Source: Escherichia phage HY03. Taken from it: DNA of 64,000 nt. Made by a program: the position numbers and the translations under genes. Below the pieces are notes generated by a model. It had not been told where the DNA came from. It made no database searches and saw only the letters and a list, made by a program, of their open reading frames with translations. Within the stretch, counting starts at the first letter, position 1. Each line of letters starts with the position of its first letter. This document shows, in pieces, positions 1-9,188 of this stretch. The DNA lies in the sequence record NC_031047.1, one strand, 5' to 3'.

Positions 1-7
1 GGTAAGC

Positions 8-553
8 ATGAGAAAAGCACTACTCGCTGGTCTATTGGCCATTTCAATGATGGCACATAGCTCCGAGCATACTTTCAGTAATGTCCAACTCGATAACATG
101 CGTTACGCGTATCAATTCGGGGAACAATTTTCTAAGGATGGAAAATATAAAACACACAAAAATATCCACAAGAGCGGATTAGGTCATATAATGGCTGCTA
201 TTTTATGGCAAGAAAGCTCTGGCGGAGTTAATTTAAAATCTAAACCAAAGCATCACGCTTATGGAATGTTCCAAAATTATTTGCCTACTATGCGAGCGAG
301 AGTTAAGGAACTTGGTTATAATATGACCGATGCTGAAATAAAAAGAATGTTGAATAAACGATCCAATTCAGCTTCCTGGGCGTACATTGAACTTTCTTAT
401 TGGTTAAATATACACAAGGGAGATATAAGAAAAGCAATATCCTCTTATAATTCGGGATGGAATGTTAAAGCTGGTTCTAAATATGCTTCTGAAGTCCTAG
501 AAAAGGCTAATTACCTTAAAAATAATAAACTTTTGGAAATAGTAAATGACTAA
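8..553 (+). CDS. SLT-domain lytic transglycosylase-like protein (T4 vs.1 position)
   Basis: 181-aa ORF; ILWQESSGG...AYGMFQ motif typical of soluble lytic transglycosylase fold; lies upstream of vs/tk. Confidence 0.6.
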   Translation: MRKALLAGLLAISMMAHSSEHTFSNVQLDNMRYAYQFGEQFSKDGKYKTHKNIHKSGLGHIMAAILWQESSGGVNLKSKPKHHAYGMFQNYLPTMRARVKELGYNMTDAEIKRMLNKRSNSASWAYIELSYWLNIHKGDIRKAISSYNSGWNVKAGSKYASEVLEKANYLKNNKLLEIVND

Positions 554-893
554 AATTTTGGTTTTATGTATAGGATTAATTTCATTTTCTGCTTCTGCGT
601 CAGCAGATACATCATATACTGAAATTAGAGAATATGTAAACCGCACTGCGGCAGATTATTGTGGGAAAAATAAAGCATGCCAAGCTGAATTTGCGCAGAA
701 ATTAATATATGCATATAAAGACGGAGAAAGAGATAAATCAAGCAGATACAAAAATGATACTTTATTAAAACGATATGCTAAAAAGTGGAATACCTTAGAA
801 TGTTCAGTTGCGGAGGAGAAAGATAAAGCCGCTTGTCATTCAACGGTTGACCGTTTGGTAGATTCTTATAATCGAGGATTGAGTACTAAATGA
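546..893 (+). CDS. vs: small protein with N-terminal signal-like segment; position of T4 valyl-tRNA synthetase modifier
   Basis: 115-aa ORF overlapping the previous stop; hydrophobic N-terminus; synteny only. Confidence 0.45.
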   Translation: MTKILVLCIGLISFSASASADTSYTEIREYVNRTAADYCGKNKACQAEFAQKLIYAYKDGERDKSSRYKNDTLLKRYAKKWNTLECSVAEEKDKAACHSTVDRLVDSYNRGLSTK

Positions 894-1357
894 TTGTAAA
901 ATATATCAAGGGCGATATTGTCGCCCTTTTCACTGAAGGTAAAAATATTGCGCATGGATGCAATTGTTTTCATACGATGAAAGCTGGAGTCGCAGGTCAA
1001 TTAACCAAAGCTTTCCCTAAAATTTTGGAAGCTGATAAATTACAGACTGAATGGGGTGATGTAACTAAACTTGGTTCTTATTCAGTCTATGAAAAATACT
1101 TTAGGACTCATAAAGCTTACTGCTTTAATCTTTATACTCAATTTCAACCAGGGCCAAATTTTGAATATTCCGCTTTAATGAATTGTATGTTAGAATTAAA
1201 TGAGTTTGGTGAAAATAAACTGATTAAACCTACAATCTATATGCCTAGGATTGGTGCAGGCATAGGTAAAGGGAACTGGGATATTATTGAGGGGATTTTA
1301 GATACATATTCCTCTAAATTAGAAATTGTGATTGTTGATTGGGAACCATTATTATGA
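890..1357 (+). CDS. hypothetical protein with macro-domain-like motif (tk.4 position)
   Basis: 155-aa ORF; HGCNCFHTMKAGVAGQL resembles macro-domain ADP-ribose-binding loop; weak motif-level call. Confidence 0.5.
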   Translation: MIVKYIKGDIVALFTEGKNIAHGCNCFHTMKAGVAGQLTKAFPKILEADKLQTEWGDVTKLGSYSVYEKYFRTHKAYCFNLYTQFQPGPNFEYSALMNCMLELNEFGENKLIKPTIYMPRIGAGIGKGNWDIIEGILDTYSSKLEIVIVDWEPLL

Positions 1358-1566
1358 ATATACATTATCCACATCCATATGACCCAAAGAATAAGGCAGT
1401 AATTATTCGTCAATGGGAACGCATTTGCCGTACTAAATGCCCAATTAATAGTCCGCATGATGTAGATAAAGACTATATTGGAACATTCGTTGAATATACC
1501 TTTATTGATAAGAAAGGTCGTAAACAACACGTAGAAGAATATTGCTTAAAGGTGCAATGGTTATGA
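1354..1566 (+). CDS. hypothetical protein
   Basis: in-frame ATG of track ORF 1339..1566 in ATGA overlap with upstream stop. Confidence 0.45.
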   Translation: MNIHYPHPYDPKNKAVIIRQWERICRTKCPINSPHDVDKDYIGTFVEYTFIDKKGRKQHVEEYCLKVQWL

Positions 1567-1748
1567 GTCTGAGTAAAGGACAAAAAGATAAATTGTTTGA
1601 GCTTATCCATGAACTTCTAGATGAGCATACAGAAGCAAACACCTTTTATGATGAATACGGCCCGCTATCTCCCGAACAGCAAGAAGAATTTGCTGACCGG
1701 TTTGATAAGAAAGAAAACGAATTAATAGCTTATGTGAATACGCTTTAA
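1557..1748 (+). CDS. hypothetical acidic protein
   Basis: track ORF 1542..1748; first in-frame ATG after AAGGTG; start uncertain (1557 or 1563). Confidence 0.45.
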   Translation: MVMSLSKGQKDKLFELIHELLDEHTEANTFYDEYGPLSPEQQEEFADRFDKKENELIAYVNTL

Positions 1749-1757
1749 GAAGGTGAT

Positions 1758-2339
1758 ATGGCGAGTTTAATTTTTACTTATGCAGCAATGAATGCTGGAA
1801 AATCTGCTTCTCTTTTGACTGCTGCGCATAATTATAAAGAACGTGGAATGAGTGTATTAGTTCTTAAGCCTGCTATTGATACTCGTGATTCTGTCTGTGA
1901 AGTCGTTTCTCGCATTGGAATTAAACAGGAAGCTAATATTATTACGGATGATATGGATATTTTTGAGTTCTATAAATGGGCTGAAGCACAAAAAGATATT
2001 CATTGCGTATTTGTAGATGAAGCTCAGTTTTTAAAAACTGAACAAGTGCATCAATTGAGTCGAATTGTTGATACATATAATGTTCCTGTTATGGCTTATG
2101 GATTAAGGACTGATTTCGCTGGAAAATTATTTGAAGGTTCTAAAGAACTTTTGGCGATTGCAGATAAACTTATTGAACTAAAAGCAGTTTGTCATTGTGG
2201 TAAAAAAGCTATTATGACAGCTCGATTAATGGAAGATGGAACACCAGTTAAAGAAGGTAATCAAATCTGTATTGGTGATGAAATTTATGTTTCTTTGTGC
2301 AGAAAACATTGGAATGAATTAACTAAAAAGCTCGGTTAG
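1758..2339 (+). CDS. tk: thymidine kinase
   Basis: 193 aa; P-loop NAGKSASLL and C-terminal Cys cluster; matches recalled T4 Tk. Confidence 0.95.
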   Translation: MASLIFTYAAMNAGKSASLLTAAHNYKERGMSVLVLKPAIDTRDSVCEVVSRIGIKQEANIITDDMDIFEFYKWAEAQKDIHCVFVDEAQFLKTEQVHQLSRIVDTYNVPVMAYGLRTDFAGKLFEGSKELLAIADKLIELKAVCHCGKKAIMTARLMEDGTPVKEGNQICIGDEIYVSLCRKHWNELTKKLG

Positions 2340-2348
2340 TGCAAAAGT

Positions 2349-2356
2349 TATAAATA
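2349..2356 (+). promoter_or_regulatory. T4 late promoter box TATAAATA
   Basis: exact TATAAATA 25 nt upstream of the ATG at 2382. Confidence 0.55.
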
Positions 2357-2381
2357 GGTTTATCTAACTAAAGGGGTATAT

Positions 2382-2594
2382 ATGTTACAATTAACTGAAA
2401 AGCAACTTCGCAATCTTACTGTTCTTCAATTAGATGAAATTCGTAGGGAAGTTGGAAATATCATTTCAGCTTTGCGTCGAGAAGTATCACTCAACCAATC
2501 TCCGGCAGACTATACTAGATTGCGAAATTTTGAAAAATACCTTGATAAAGTTAAGGCCGTGCATCGGCATAAAGTAAATACAGGGCAAAAATGA
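2382..2594 (+). CDS. hypothetical protein (rI.1 position)
   Basis: 70-aa ORF between tk and rI. Confidence 0.6.
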
Positions 2595-2606
2595 TAGGAG
2601 GCCTTT

Positions 2607-2900
2607 ATGGCCTTAAAAGCAACGGCACTATTTGCCATGCTAGGATTGTCATTTGTTTTATCTCCATCGATTGAAGCGAATGTCGATCCTCATTTTGATA
2701 AATTTATGGAATCTGGTATTAGACATGTTTATATGCTTTTTGAAAATAAAAGCGTAGAATCATCTGAACAGTTCTATAGTTTTATGCGAACGACTTATAA
2801 AAATGACCCGTGCTCTTCCGATTTTGAATGTATAGAGCGAGGCGCGGAGATGGCACAATCATACGCTAGAATTATGAACATTAAATTGGAGACTGAATGA
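2607..2900 (+). CDS. rI: lysis inhibition regulator rI
   Basis: 97 aa with N-terminal signal-anchor MALKATALFAMLGLSFVL; matches recalled T4 RI. Confidence 0.9.
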   Translation: MALKATALFAMLGLSFVLSPSIEANVDPHFDKFMESGIRHVYMLFENKSVESSEQFYSFMRTTYKNDPCSSDFECIERGAEMAQSYARIMNIKLETE

Positions 2901-3283
2901 AATTCAGCGACTTTTCACAAAGTGGAAAACCTTCAAAGGCAGATGAATACTTAGGTTTATTAATGGCTGCGCAAGCTTATTTTCATTCTGCGCATTTTGA
3001 AACTAAAAGTTATGCTAGACACAAAGCATACGATTTTATTTTCTCTGAGTTGCCAGATTTGATTGATAAATTTGGTGAGCAATATTTGGGGTATTCTGGT
3101 AGAAAATACACGCCTTCAATTCCAGATGCTAGTAAACTTCCTACCGACACAATTAAAATGATTGATCGCATACTAGACCAATCTAACAGCATTTATAAAG
3201 AAATGCCTCCAGCTATCCAAAGCACGATAGATGATATTACTGGAATGTTTTACCAGAGTAAGTATCTTCTTTCCCTCGAATAA
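2897..3283 (+). CDS. hypothetical protein (rI.-1 position)
   Basis: 128-aa ORF overlapping rI stop. Confidence 0.6.
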
Positions 3284-3287
3284 CATT

Positions 3288-3310
3288 AGTCTCCTTCGGG
3301 AGACTTTTTT
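3288..3310 (+). terminator. rho-independent terminator
   Basis: AGTCTCC-TTCG-GGAGACT hairpin followed by T6. Confidence 0.8.
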
Positions 3311-3320
3311 CATTTTACCG

Positions 3321-3350
3321 GTTTACTTTCCGTTTGAGCTGTGGTACTAT
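3321..3350 (+). promoter_or_regulatory. T4 early promoter
   Basis: GTTTAC, 18-nt spacer, TACTAT; conserved TGGTACTATACAACTATC segment. Confidence 0.75.
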
Positions 3351-3378
3351 ACAACTATCGGATAAAGAGGAGAACATC

Positions 3379-3567
3379 ATGAAAATTGAAGCACTTAATC
3401 AAGAAGGAAATATCTACGTCATCATTAATGGTGATTTTTTCGTCGACATGGATGAAGTTACCAGTGAAGAACTTGTAGAACTTCTTAAGAAACGTTATAA
3501 TATGTGTGATGAAGTTGCAACTCACATGGCGTGTGCAATATTCTCTCTTTCATATGTGGTGGAATAA
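3379..3567 (+). CDS. hypothetical protein
   Basis: 62 aa; AGAGGAG RBS before ATG. Confidence 0.5.
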
Positions 3568-3770
3568 TGATTAGTATCGAACAAGCGGATAAGATTAAAG
3601 AATTGGTAGCTTTAATTCGTAAAGCAGATGAAGAGCTGATTGACTTTGCTTGGTATTCATCGGGTATTTCGAATAAAGGCATTAAAGACTTTGAAACTAA
3701 AGTGGATAATGCTATAGAAGCGTTAGATATGTTTCTTGATGAAATTATTGATCATAATACGAGAGTTTAA
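3567..3770 (+). CDS. hypothetical protein
   Basis: 67 aa; GGTGGA RBS; start overlaps upstream stop. Confidence 0.5.
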   Translation: MISIEQADKIKELVALIRKADEELIDFAWYSSGISNKGIKDFETKVDNAIEALDMFLDEIIDHNTRV

Positions 3771-3772
3771 GT

Positions 3773-3973
3773 ATGTTAACACGTGAACAGTTTGAAAAAA
3801 TCATTAAATTAGCACGTGATGTTGAAATAGATTCATACCAATTGGCAGTTGAGCATTGTGAAGGATATTCATACGACGGTATAGAAGCAGCTAAAAAGGA
3901 TTTGGATAAATCTAAAGCTAAGTTAGTTCAATATCTTGAAATGATTAGGTGGAATAATGAAAACTGTAGTTAA
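3773..3973 (+). CDS. hypothetical protein
   Basis: 66-aa ORF. Confidence 0.5.
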   Translation: MLTREQFEKIIKLARDVEIDSYQLAVEHCEGYSYDGIEAAKKDLDKSKAKLVQYLEMIRWNNENCS

Positions 3974-4967
3974 GTCTTATTTTGGTAGTCATCTTTATGG
4001 AACTTCTACTCCAGAATCTGATGTAGATTTTAAAGAAATCTTTGTTCCTCCTGCTCGTGATATTCTTATCGGAAATGTTAAAGAGCATATGAGTAAAAAC
4101 ACTAACAACACATCATCTAAAAACACCAAAGATGATATTGACCATGAACTATACAGTCTTAAATATTTCTTTAAATTAGCAGCAGATGGTGAAACTGTAG
4201 CATTGGATATGCTCCACACTCCACCTGAACTGGTAGTTAAATCTGATTTGCCTGATGTATGGAAGTTTATTCAAGACAATCGTTCTCGTTTTTATACGAC
4301 TAACATGAAATCCTATTTAGGATATGTTCGCAAGCAAGCTTCTAAATACGGTGTTAAGGGTTCTCGTTTGGCCGCATTACGTGATGTATTGAAAGTAGTT
4401 AATCAAATCCCCGATCAGTGGGTTGATTATCAAGAAGGAATCCCTGATAGACTTCGTCGTACTAAGGTAGAAGATATCAAACACAGACTCCCTGAAAACG
4501 AATTCTGTGAATGGGTGTTCCATAATCATGAGAAAACAGGCCCACAGACGTTTTACACAGTGTTGGGTCGTAAATATCAGACAACTCTTTCTCTTATTGA
4601 GCTTAAGCAGTCACTGAATAAATTAGATGCTGAATACGGTGAACGCGCTCGTAAGGCCGAAGCCAATGAAGGCATTGACTGGAAAGCTCTGAGTCATGCT
4701 TGTCGTGGTGGACTCCAACTATTGGAAATTTACAAAACTGGTGACTTGGTTTATCCACTTCAAGACGCTCCATTTATTCTCGACGTGAAGTTGGGTAAAC
4801 ATCCATTTAAAACCGTTCAAGAGTTTTTGGAAGATGTGGTCGATCAAGTAGAAGCAGCATCTACTGAAGCTTCTAAGAACGGTATGCCTAAAACAGTAGA
4901 CATGAGTTTCTGGGATGACTTCCTTGAGAAGGTCTATCTTGAAAACCACCGAAGTTATTATAAATGA
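3957..4967 (+). CDS. nucleotidyltransferase-fold protein (Pol-beta superfamily motif)
   Basis: 336 aa; N-terminal GSHLYGTSTPESDVDF matches the G[GS]x(9-13)DxD nucleotidyltransferase signature; AGGTGG RBS. Confidence 0.6.
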   Translation: MKTVVKSYFGSHLYGTSTPESDVDFKEIFVPPARDILIGNVKEHMSKNTNNTSSKNTKDDIDHELYSLKYFFKLAADGETVALDMLHTPPELVVKSDLPDVWKFIQDNRSRFYTTNMKSYLGYVRKQASKYGVKGSRLAALRDVLKVVNQIPDQWVDYQEGIPDRLRRTKVEDIKHRLPENEFCEWVFHNHEKTGPQTFYTVLGRKYQTTLSLIELKQSLNKLDAEYGERARKAEANEGIDWKALSHACRGGLQLLEIYKTGDLVYPLQDAPFILDVKLGKHPFKTVQEFLEDVVDQVEAASTEASKNGMPKTVDMSFWDDFLEKVYLENHRSYYK

Positions 4968-4969
4968 TA

Positions 4970-4993
4970 GGGAGCCTTCGGGCTCCCTTTTTT
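4970..4993 (+). terminator. rho-independent terminator
   Basis: GGGAGCC-TTCG-GGCTCCC hairpin plus T6. Confidence 0.8.
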
Positions 4994-5018
4994 ATTTCAA
5001 AAATTTTTTCACAAAGTG

Positions 5019-5048
5019 GTTTACAAGCATAAAGCTTTATGGTACTAT
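5019..5048 (+). promoter_or_regulatory. T4 early promoter with A/T-rich UP region
   Basis: AAAATTTTTTCACAAAG upstream; GTTTAC, 18-nt spacer, TACTAT. Confidence 0.75.
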
Positions 5049-5084
5049 ACAACTATCAAAACAAACACTTAAACGGAAAACAAA

Positions 5085-5234
5085 ATGAAAATTACACCAA
5101 TTGAAGTAAAAAAGTTGATTGACACAGAAGAAATTTCAGAGTGTTTTGAAAGTTTCTTAGAAGATGCAACTGAAGATAATGCAGTTTATCTCGCTCAGAA
5201 AATTATCGAAACTTATTTGGAGAAGAATCAATGA
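5085..5234 (+). CDS. hypothetical small protein
   Basis: 49 aa, below the ORF-track cutoff; ATGA overlap with next gene. Confidence 0.4.
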   Translation: MKITPIEVKKLIDTEEISECFESFLEDATEDNAVYLAQKIIETYLEKNQ

Positions 5235-5494
5235 CAGTTTACGTAGATGTTTTAATGAATCATGGATGGAAACTTCGCGGTCATCCAACTAAAAATTGTC
5301 ATATGTTCACTGATGGAGATATTGAAGAGCTTCACGAAATGGCAGAAGCAATAGGAATGAAACGTTCTTGGTTTCAAGATAAACGCATTAAACATTATGA
5401 CTTACACGCTCGGCGACGCCAAAAAGCTGTAGAACTTGGAGCTGTAGAAGTATCTCGTCGCGAAGCAGTAAAAATTTGGCAAACATTAAAATAA
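5231..5494 (+). CDS. hypothetical protein, DUF4031-like
   Basis: 87 aa; MTVYVD...HMF...LH..A..IG pattern recalled for DUF4031. Confidence 0.5.
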   Translation: MTVYVDVLMNHGWKLRGHPTKNCHMFTDGDIEELHEMAEAIGMKRSWFQDKRIKHYDLHARRRQKAVELGAVEVSRREAVKIWQTLK

Positions 5495-5563
5495 ATTGTT
5501 TACAGCAGGGTAGTAGTGTGATACTATTACCCTATCAAAACAAATGTAAAATTGGAGAATAAA

Positions 5564-6532
5564 ATGAAAACTGTAACTATCAATAAGGGTATCTACTTTG
5601 GTAAAGAAATCTCTGGAACTTTTGAGCTCTTAGGTGAATGGTTCCCAGATAATGCTCCGGTAGATGCACAAGGAGATGGTAAAGTTTTTGTTGAAATTGA
5701 CGGTAAACGTCGCGGTGTTTGGGTTTACAAATCAGACATTTCATATGATGGTGTAAAAGTTGAAGAAGTTAAAGAATCATATGAAGATATGAAAACCCGC
5801 ATTAATAAAAGATTTAATGTTATGGGAATGATGACGAATGGTATTATTAACGGAAACATTCGTTCATTAATTATCTCTGGTGCGGCGGGTATTGGTAAAA
5901 CGTATTCTTTAGATAAAGCTTTAAATAAAGCAAATGATAATGGATACATTGAATATAAAAGCATTAACGGTAAAATCTCTGGTATCGGTCTTTATGAACA
6001 GCTCTGGAATAATCGTGAAGAGAATTCTGTCCTTTTGATTGATGATGTGGATGTTTTCTCTGATATGGACATTCTTAATCTTCTGAAAGCTGCTCTGGAC
6101 ACTGGAGAGACCCGTAAAGTCTGCTGGAGCACCGCATCTTCTTACTTAGAAGAAAAAGGCATTGAGCGTGAGTTTGAATTTAAAGGAACGATTGTTTTTA
6201 TCACAAACGTTGACATTGACCGCGAATTAGACCGTGGTACTAAACTTGCTCCACATTTACAAGCATTAGTGTCCCGCTCAGTTTATTTAGATTTGGGTGT
6301 TCACACTAATGAAGAAATTATGGTCAGGGTTGAAGATGTTATTCTTTCAACCGACATGATGCAAAAGCGTGGTCTTTCTGATGAAGAAACTTATAAAGCA
6401 TTATCATGGATGAAAGTCAATGTTAACCGTTTACGTAATGTTTCACTGCGTACTGCACTTTATCTTGCTGACTTTATTATGACCGACAAAAACGGTTGGG
6501 AAGAAATTGCTGAGGTTACTCTTCTGAAATAA
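5564..6532 (+). CDS. AAA-type ATPase
   Basis: in-frame ATG of track ORF 5552..6532; Walker A GAAGIGKT and Walker B VLLIDDVD. Confidence 0.7.
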   Translation: MKTVTINKGIYFGKEISGTFELLGEWFPDNAPVDAQGDGKVFVEIDGKRRGVWVYKSDISYDGVKVEEVKESYEDMKTRINKRFNVMGMMTNGIINGNIRSLIISGAAGIGKTYSLDKALNKANDNGYIEYKSINGKISGIGLYEQLWNNREENSVLLIDDVDVFSDMDILNLLKAALDTGETRKVCWSTASSYLEEKGIEREFEFKGTIVFITNVDIDRELDRGTKLAPHLQALVSRSVYLDLGVHTNEEIMVRVEDVILSTDMMQKRGLSDEETYKALSWMKVNVNRLRNVSLRTALYLADFIMTDKNGWEEIAEVTLLK

Positions 6533-6634
6533 ATTCATAAGAGGACTTCTAAGACAAAAAGGCAGTTCAGAAATAGATTATATGGACTGCCATTAAAAAG
6601 ATGACTAGAATTAAACTGGTAAATGGAGGTAATG

Positions 6635-6937
6635 ATGTTATACTCAAAGGCTCGTGAAATTTACGAAACTAAGATTAAAGAAGCTGTATTTCAGTTCGCA
6701 ACAACAATGCGATGGACAAATGATTGGGAATATTCAAAAAATCATAAGAAGCCCATGGTGACAAGAAAGGCTCATATGTTAGTGTTAATAGACCGTGAGC
6801 AGATTAAAGCCCGAGAAGCCCTCCAGAATCATAAAAAGGCTGCCTTTGAATGGTTTATGGATAACACTGCTCCTGAGACTAAGAAAGTAGTGAGCGCATG
6901 GTTCAGTGGAAAAAATTGTGAAAGAAGTTTCTTTTAG
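6635..6937 (+). CDS. hypothetical protein
   Basis: track ORF 6623..6937; GGAGG RBS then tandem ATGs; start uncertain. Confidence 0.5.
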   Translation: MLYSKAREIYETKIKEAVFQFATTMRWTNDWEYSKNHKKPMVTRKAHMLVLIDREQIKAREALQNHKKAAFEWFMDNTAPETKKVVSAWFSGKNCERSFF

Positions 6938-6939
6938 TT

Positions 6940-6969
6940 GTTTACAAGACTGTTCCTCTGTGGTACTAT
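6940..6969 (+). promoter_or_regulatory. T4 early promoter
   Basis: GTTTAC, 18 nt, TACTAT; near-identical copy at 62807. Confidence 0.75.
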
Positions 6970-6997
6970 ACAACTATCAACTACGGAGGAACACAAA

Positions 6998-7525
6998 ATG
7001 AACGCTAAAGATATTTTCAACCTGGTAAATTACAACGATGGTAAATTTAAATCTGAAGCACAAAGCAAGTTCTTTAATGACATCTCAATCGGAGGTGAAA
7101 TCACGGTTGATGGAGGACAAATTTACAAATCCCGTTGGAATTGGATCGTTATTATCGATGAGATTGGTATTGTAGAAATTTACAAGAATACGAATAAAAA
7201 TCGTACATTACACTGGTCTCGTGATACTAACGAACAGTACAAAAAGGATAAAGCATCTAAATTATCTCGTGTAACTCAAGAAGATATTGAGTTCATCAAG
7301 AAAGATATTTTAATGTATGATAACTTAATTGCTGAAGAGCAAGCTGTTATTGATAAATTTGACGAGATTAAAGCTTCTCGTGAAATTCCTGATTTTATGA
7401 AAGAATCAGTAAATGAACGATACACTCTCATTTCAGAGCGTATTGAAACTTACAAAAAGCAAAGAGCTGAACGCCAAAATACTCTTCGGAAGTTTGAAGA
7501 ACGGTTAAAGACGGTACTCGCATAA
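6998..7525 (+). CDS. hypothetical protein
   Basis: 175 aa; GGAGGA RBS. Confidence 0.6.
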   Translation: MNAKDIFNLVNYNDGKFKSEAQSKFFNDISIGGEITVDGGQIYKSRWNWIVIIDEIGIVEIYKNTNKNRTLHWSRDTNEQYKKDKASKLSRVTQEDIEFIKKDILMYDNLIAEEQAVIDKFDEIKASREIPDFMKESVNERYTLISERIETYKKQRAERQNTLRKFEERLKTVLA

Positions 7526-7526
7526 C

Positions 7527-7551
7527 TGCTTTATACCAAGGATGGTATAAT
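7527..7551 (+). promoter_or_regulatory. T4 middle promoter (MotA box)
   Basis: TGCTTTA, 12-nt spacer, TATAAT. Confidence 0.6.
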
Positions 7552-7580
7552 GGTTCTAAGCCCTTTTAATTGAGATTATT

Positions 7581-7988
7581 ATGAAACAGTTGATAATTAA
7601 AAGATTGAATTTATTGATATGTTGTTTATGTATAGCAATTGCATATGGTTATTACGCAATTAATGATTATATGCATTATAAAGATTATGATGTTACTGTA
7701 GTTAATACTATTACAGGAACACAAGGAAAGGGGTCTAGTTTATCGTTTATTGCTATATATGAACTCAAAGACGGTTATAGATTTAGTGAATATATTTCCC
7801 CAGAGATGTATTCTTCAATAGAAAAAGGCGATAATATTACTGTAAGTTTACGTCCTTTTGACGTAAAACAGACATTGTTTGATAATATTGTTTGGTTCTT
7901 TGGAATGGTATTAGTTCAATCTGTGTGTGGTGCTTATATAGTCTGTTCCATCATATTCTGTGTATTTAGTAAAATTGAAATTGAGTGA
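7581..7988 (+). CDS. hypothetical membrane protein
   Basis: 135 aa; hydrophobic N- and C-terminal segments. Confidence 0.6.
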   Translation: MKQLIIKRLNLLICCLCIAIAYGYYAINDYMHYKDYDVTVVNTITGTQGKGSSLSFIAIYELKDGYRFSEYISPEMYSSIEKGDNITVSLRPFDVKQTLFDNIVWFFGMVLVQSVCGAYIVCSIIFCVFSKIEIE

Positions 7989-7995
7989 GGAAAAT

Positions 7996-8883
7996 ATGTC
8001 AGTAGCAATTAATAATGTCAATGCAGTAATTAAATCTTTAGTTAATAAAAAATCAAATGAATGGACTGTACTTCAACGCGACGAGTCAGATAAATTTTTT
8101 CATAAATTTAACCCAGTACTAAATTTAAATGTTATTGATAAAGATGTTCATGCTGAAATTTTAGATAAGTTTAAAGTTGATATTGGATTTGGATTAGAAA
8201 AACATTTACAACGAACAAACGGGTCTGGAATGCTTTTATCTAATCGCATCATGAAAGCCCTTAATAAAATTGGAGCATTGTCTCGTATTAATGCGAGTGA
8301 AATCCTTCGCAATTATAATAAAGGATACGACCTTTATGGTCGACTAATGCCGAAATTATCATTTGACCAAATGATCGCAGATTTGTGGGAAAATCAACGA
8401 CGATTATTAGCATTAGGCGCTCGATTGGCTAAAGGTCTAGATAAACAAATGATTTTTAAGACCAATAATACAGAAGACCTTAAATGCTTTAAATTTAGCA
8501 CTCGTGGAGATGATTATTACGTCAGAGCTCACTCTACAGATTATGTTAATATGGGGCATCATCTCTGTTTAGCTTTTGAAATTTTAAAAGAAGCTGGAAC
8601 ATTAGAATATGTGTCTGGTGCTAAATGTCCGATTGGTTCAAATTGCATTTTAATTTATCGCCCGGATGAATCCAGTTCATCTAAATTACCTACAAAACCT
8701 GTACCAGTTCGCAGTAATGAAAAACATTCTGAACAAATTGCTTATTTTAATAAGCAGATTGAAGAGCTAAATATTTCTATTCAGCAATATGATGATGAAA
8801 TTTTCAGACTATCTGGATTGAGTAGTAAAGCTAAATCTGAACGTGAAAAATTAATTAAAATTGTTGATTTACTTAAATCTTAA
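7996..8883 (+). CDS. hypothetical protein
   Basis: 296 aa from in-frame ATG after TGAGGAAAAT RBS. Confidence 0.6.
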   Translation: MSVAINNVNAVIKSLVNKKSNEWTVLQRDESDKFFHKFNPVLNLNVIDKDVHAEILDKFKVDIGFGLEKHLQRTNGSGMLLSNRIMKALNKIGALSRINASEILRNYNKGYDLYGRLMPKLSFDQMIADLWENQRRLLALGARLAKGLDKQMIFKTNNTEDLKCFKFSTRGDDYYVRAHSTDYVNMGHHLCLAFEILKEAGTLEYVSGAKCPIGSNCILIYRPDESSSSKLPTKPVPVRSNEKHSEQIAYFNKQIEELNISIQQYDDEIFRLSGLSSKAKSEREKLIKIVDLLKS

Positions 8884-8891
8884 GGAACACC

Positions 8892-9188
8892 ATGAAAACT
8901 CGTTCTCAAATTGAAGATATGGTTCGTAATGCCAGTTATACTCGTGATGTTATGACATTTTTGTGTGAAAATAATTTAGACCCTGATAAAGTTAATCGTG
9001 TTATTTATCACTTTAAGTATACGAATAGCAGTGAATGGTTACGTCATTTTAGTAAAGCGGGGTATATTACACAAATGACTGCTCGTGAACAGCTCACCGA
9101 TTTCTGTAAAACTATTGATTATAAAAATCCTCTATTTGTTCGAGGCGTTGGTCAAAGTAAGACTGATCTATCAACTGGATTTTTTTAA
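8892..9188 (+). CDS. hypothetical protein
   Basis: 98 aa; ends at TAA directly after a T7 run. Confidence 0.6.
   Translation: MKTRSQIEDMVRNASYTRDVMTFLCENNLDPDKVNRVIYHFKYTNSSEWLRHFSKAGYITQMTAREQLTDFCKTIDYKNPLFVRGVGQSKTDLSTGFF

Noticed and set aside
3334-3378. Upstream extension of ORF 3379..3567 to the track start at 3334
   Set aside because: The extension overlaps the early promoter and transcription start region; the ATG at 3379 has a strong AGAGGAG RBS.
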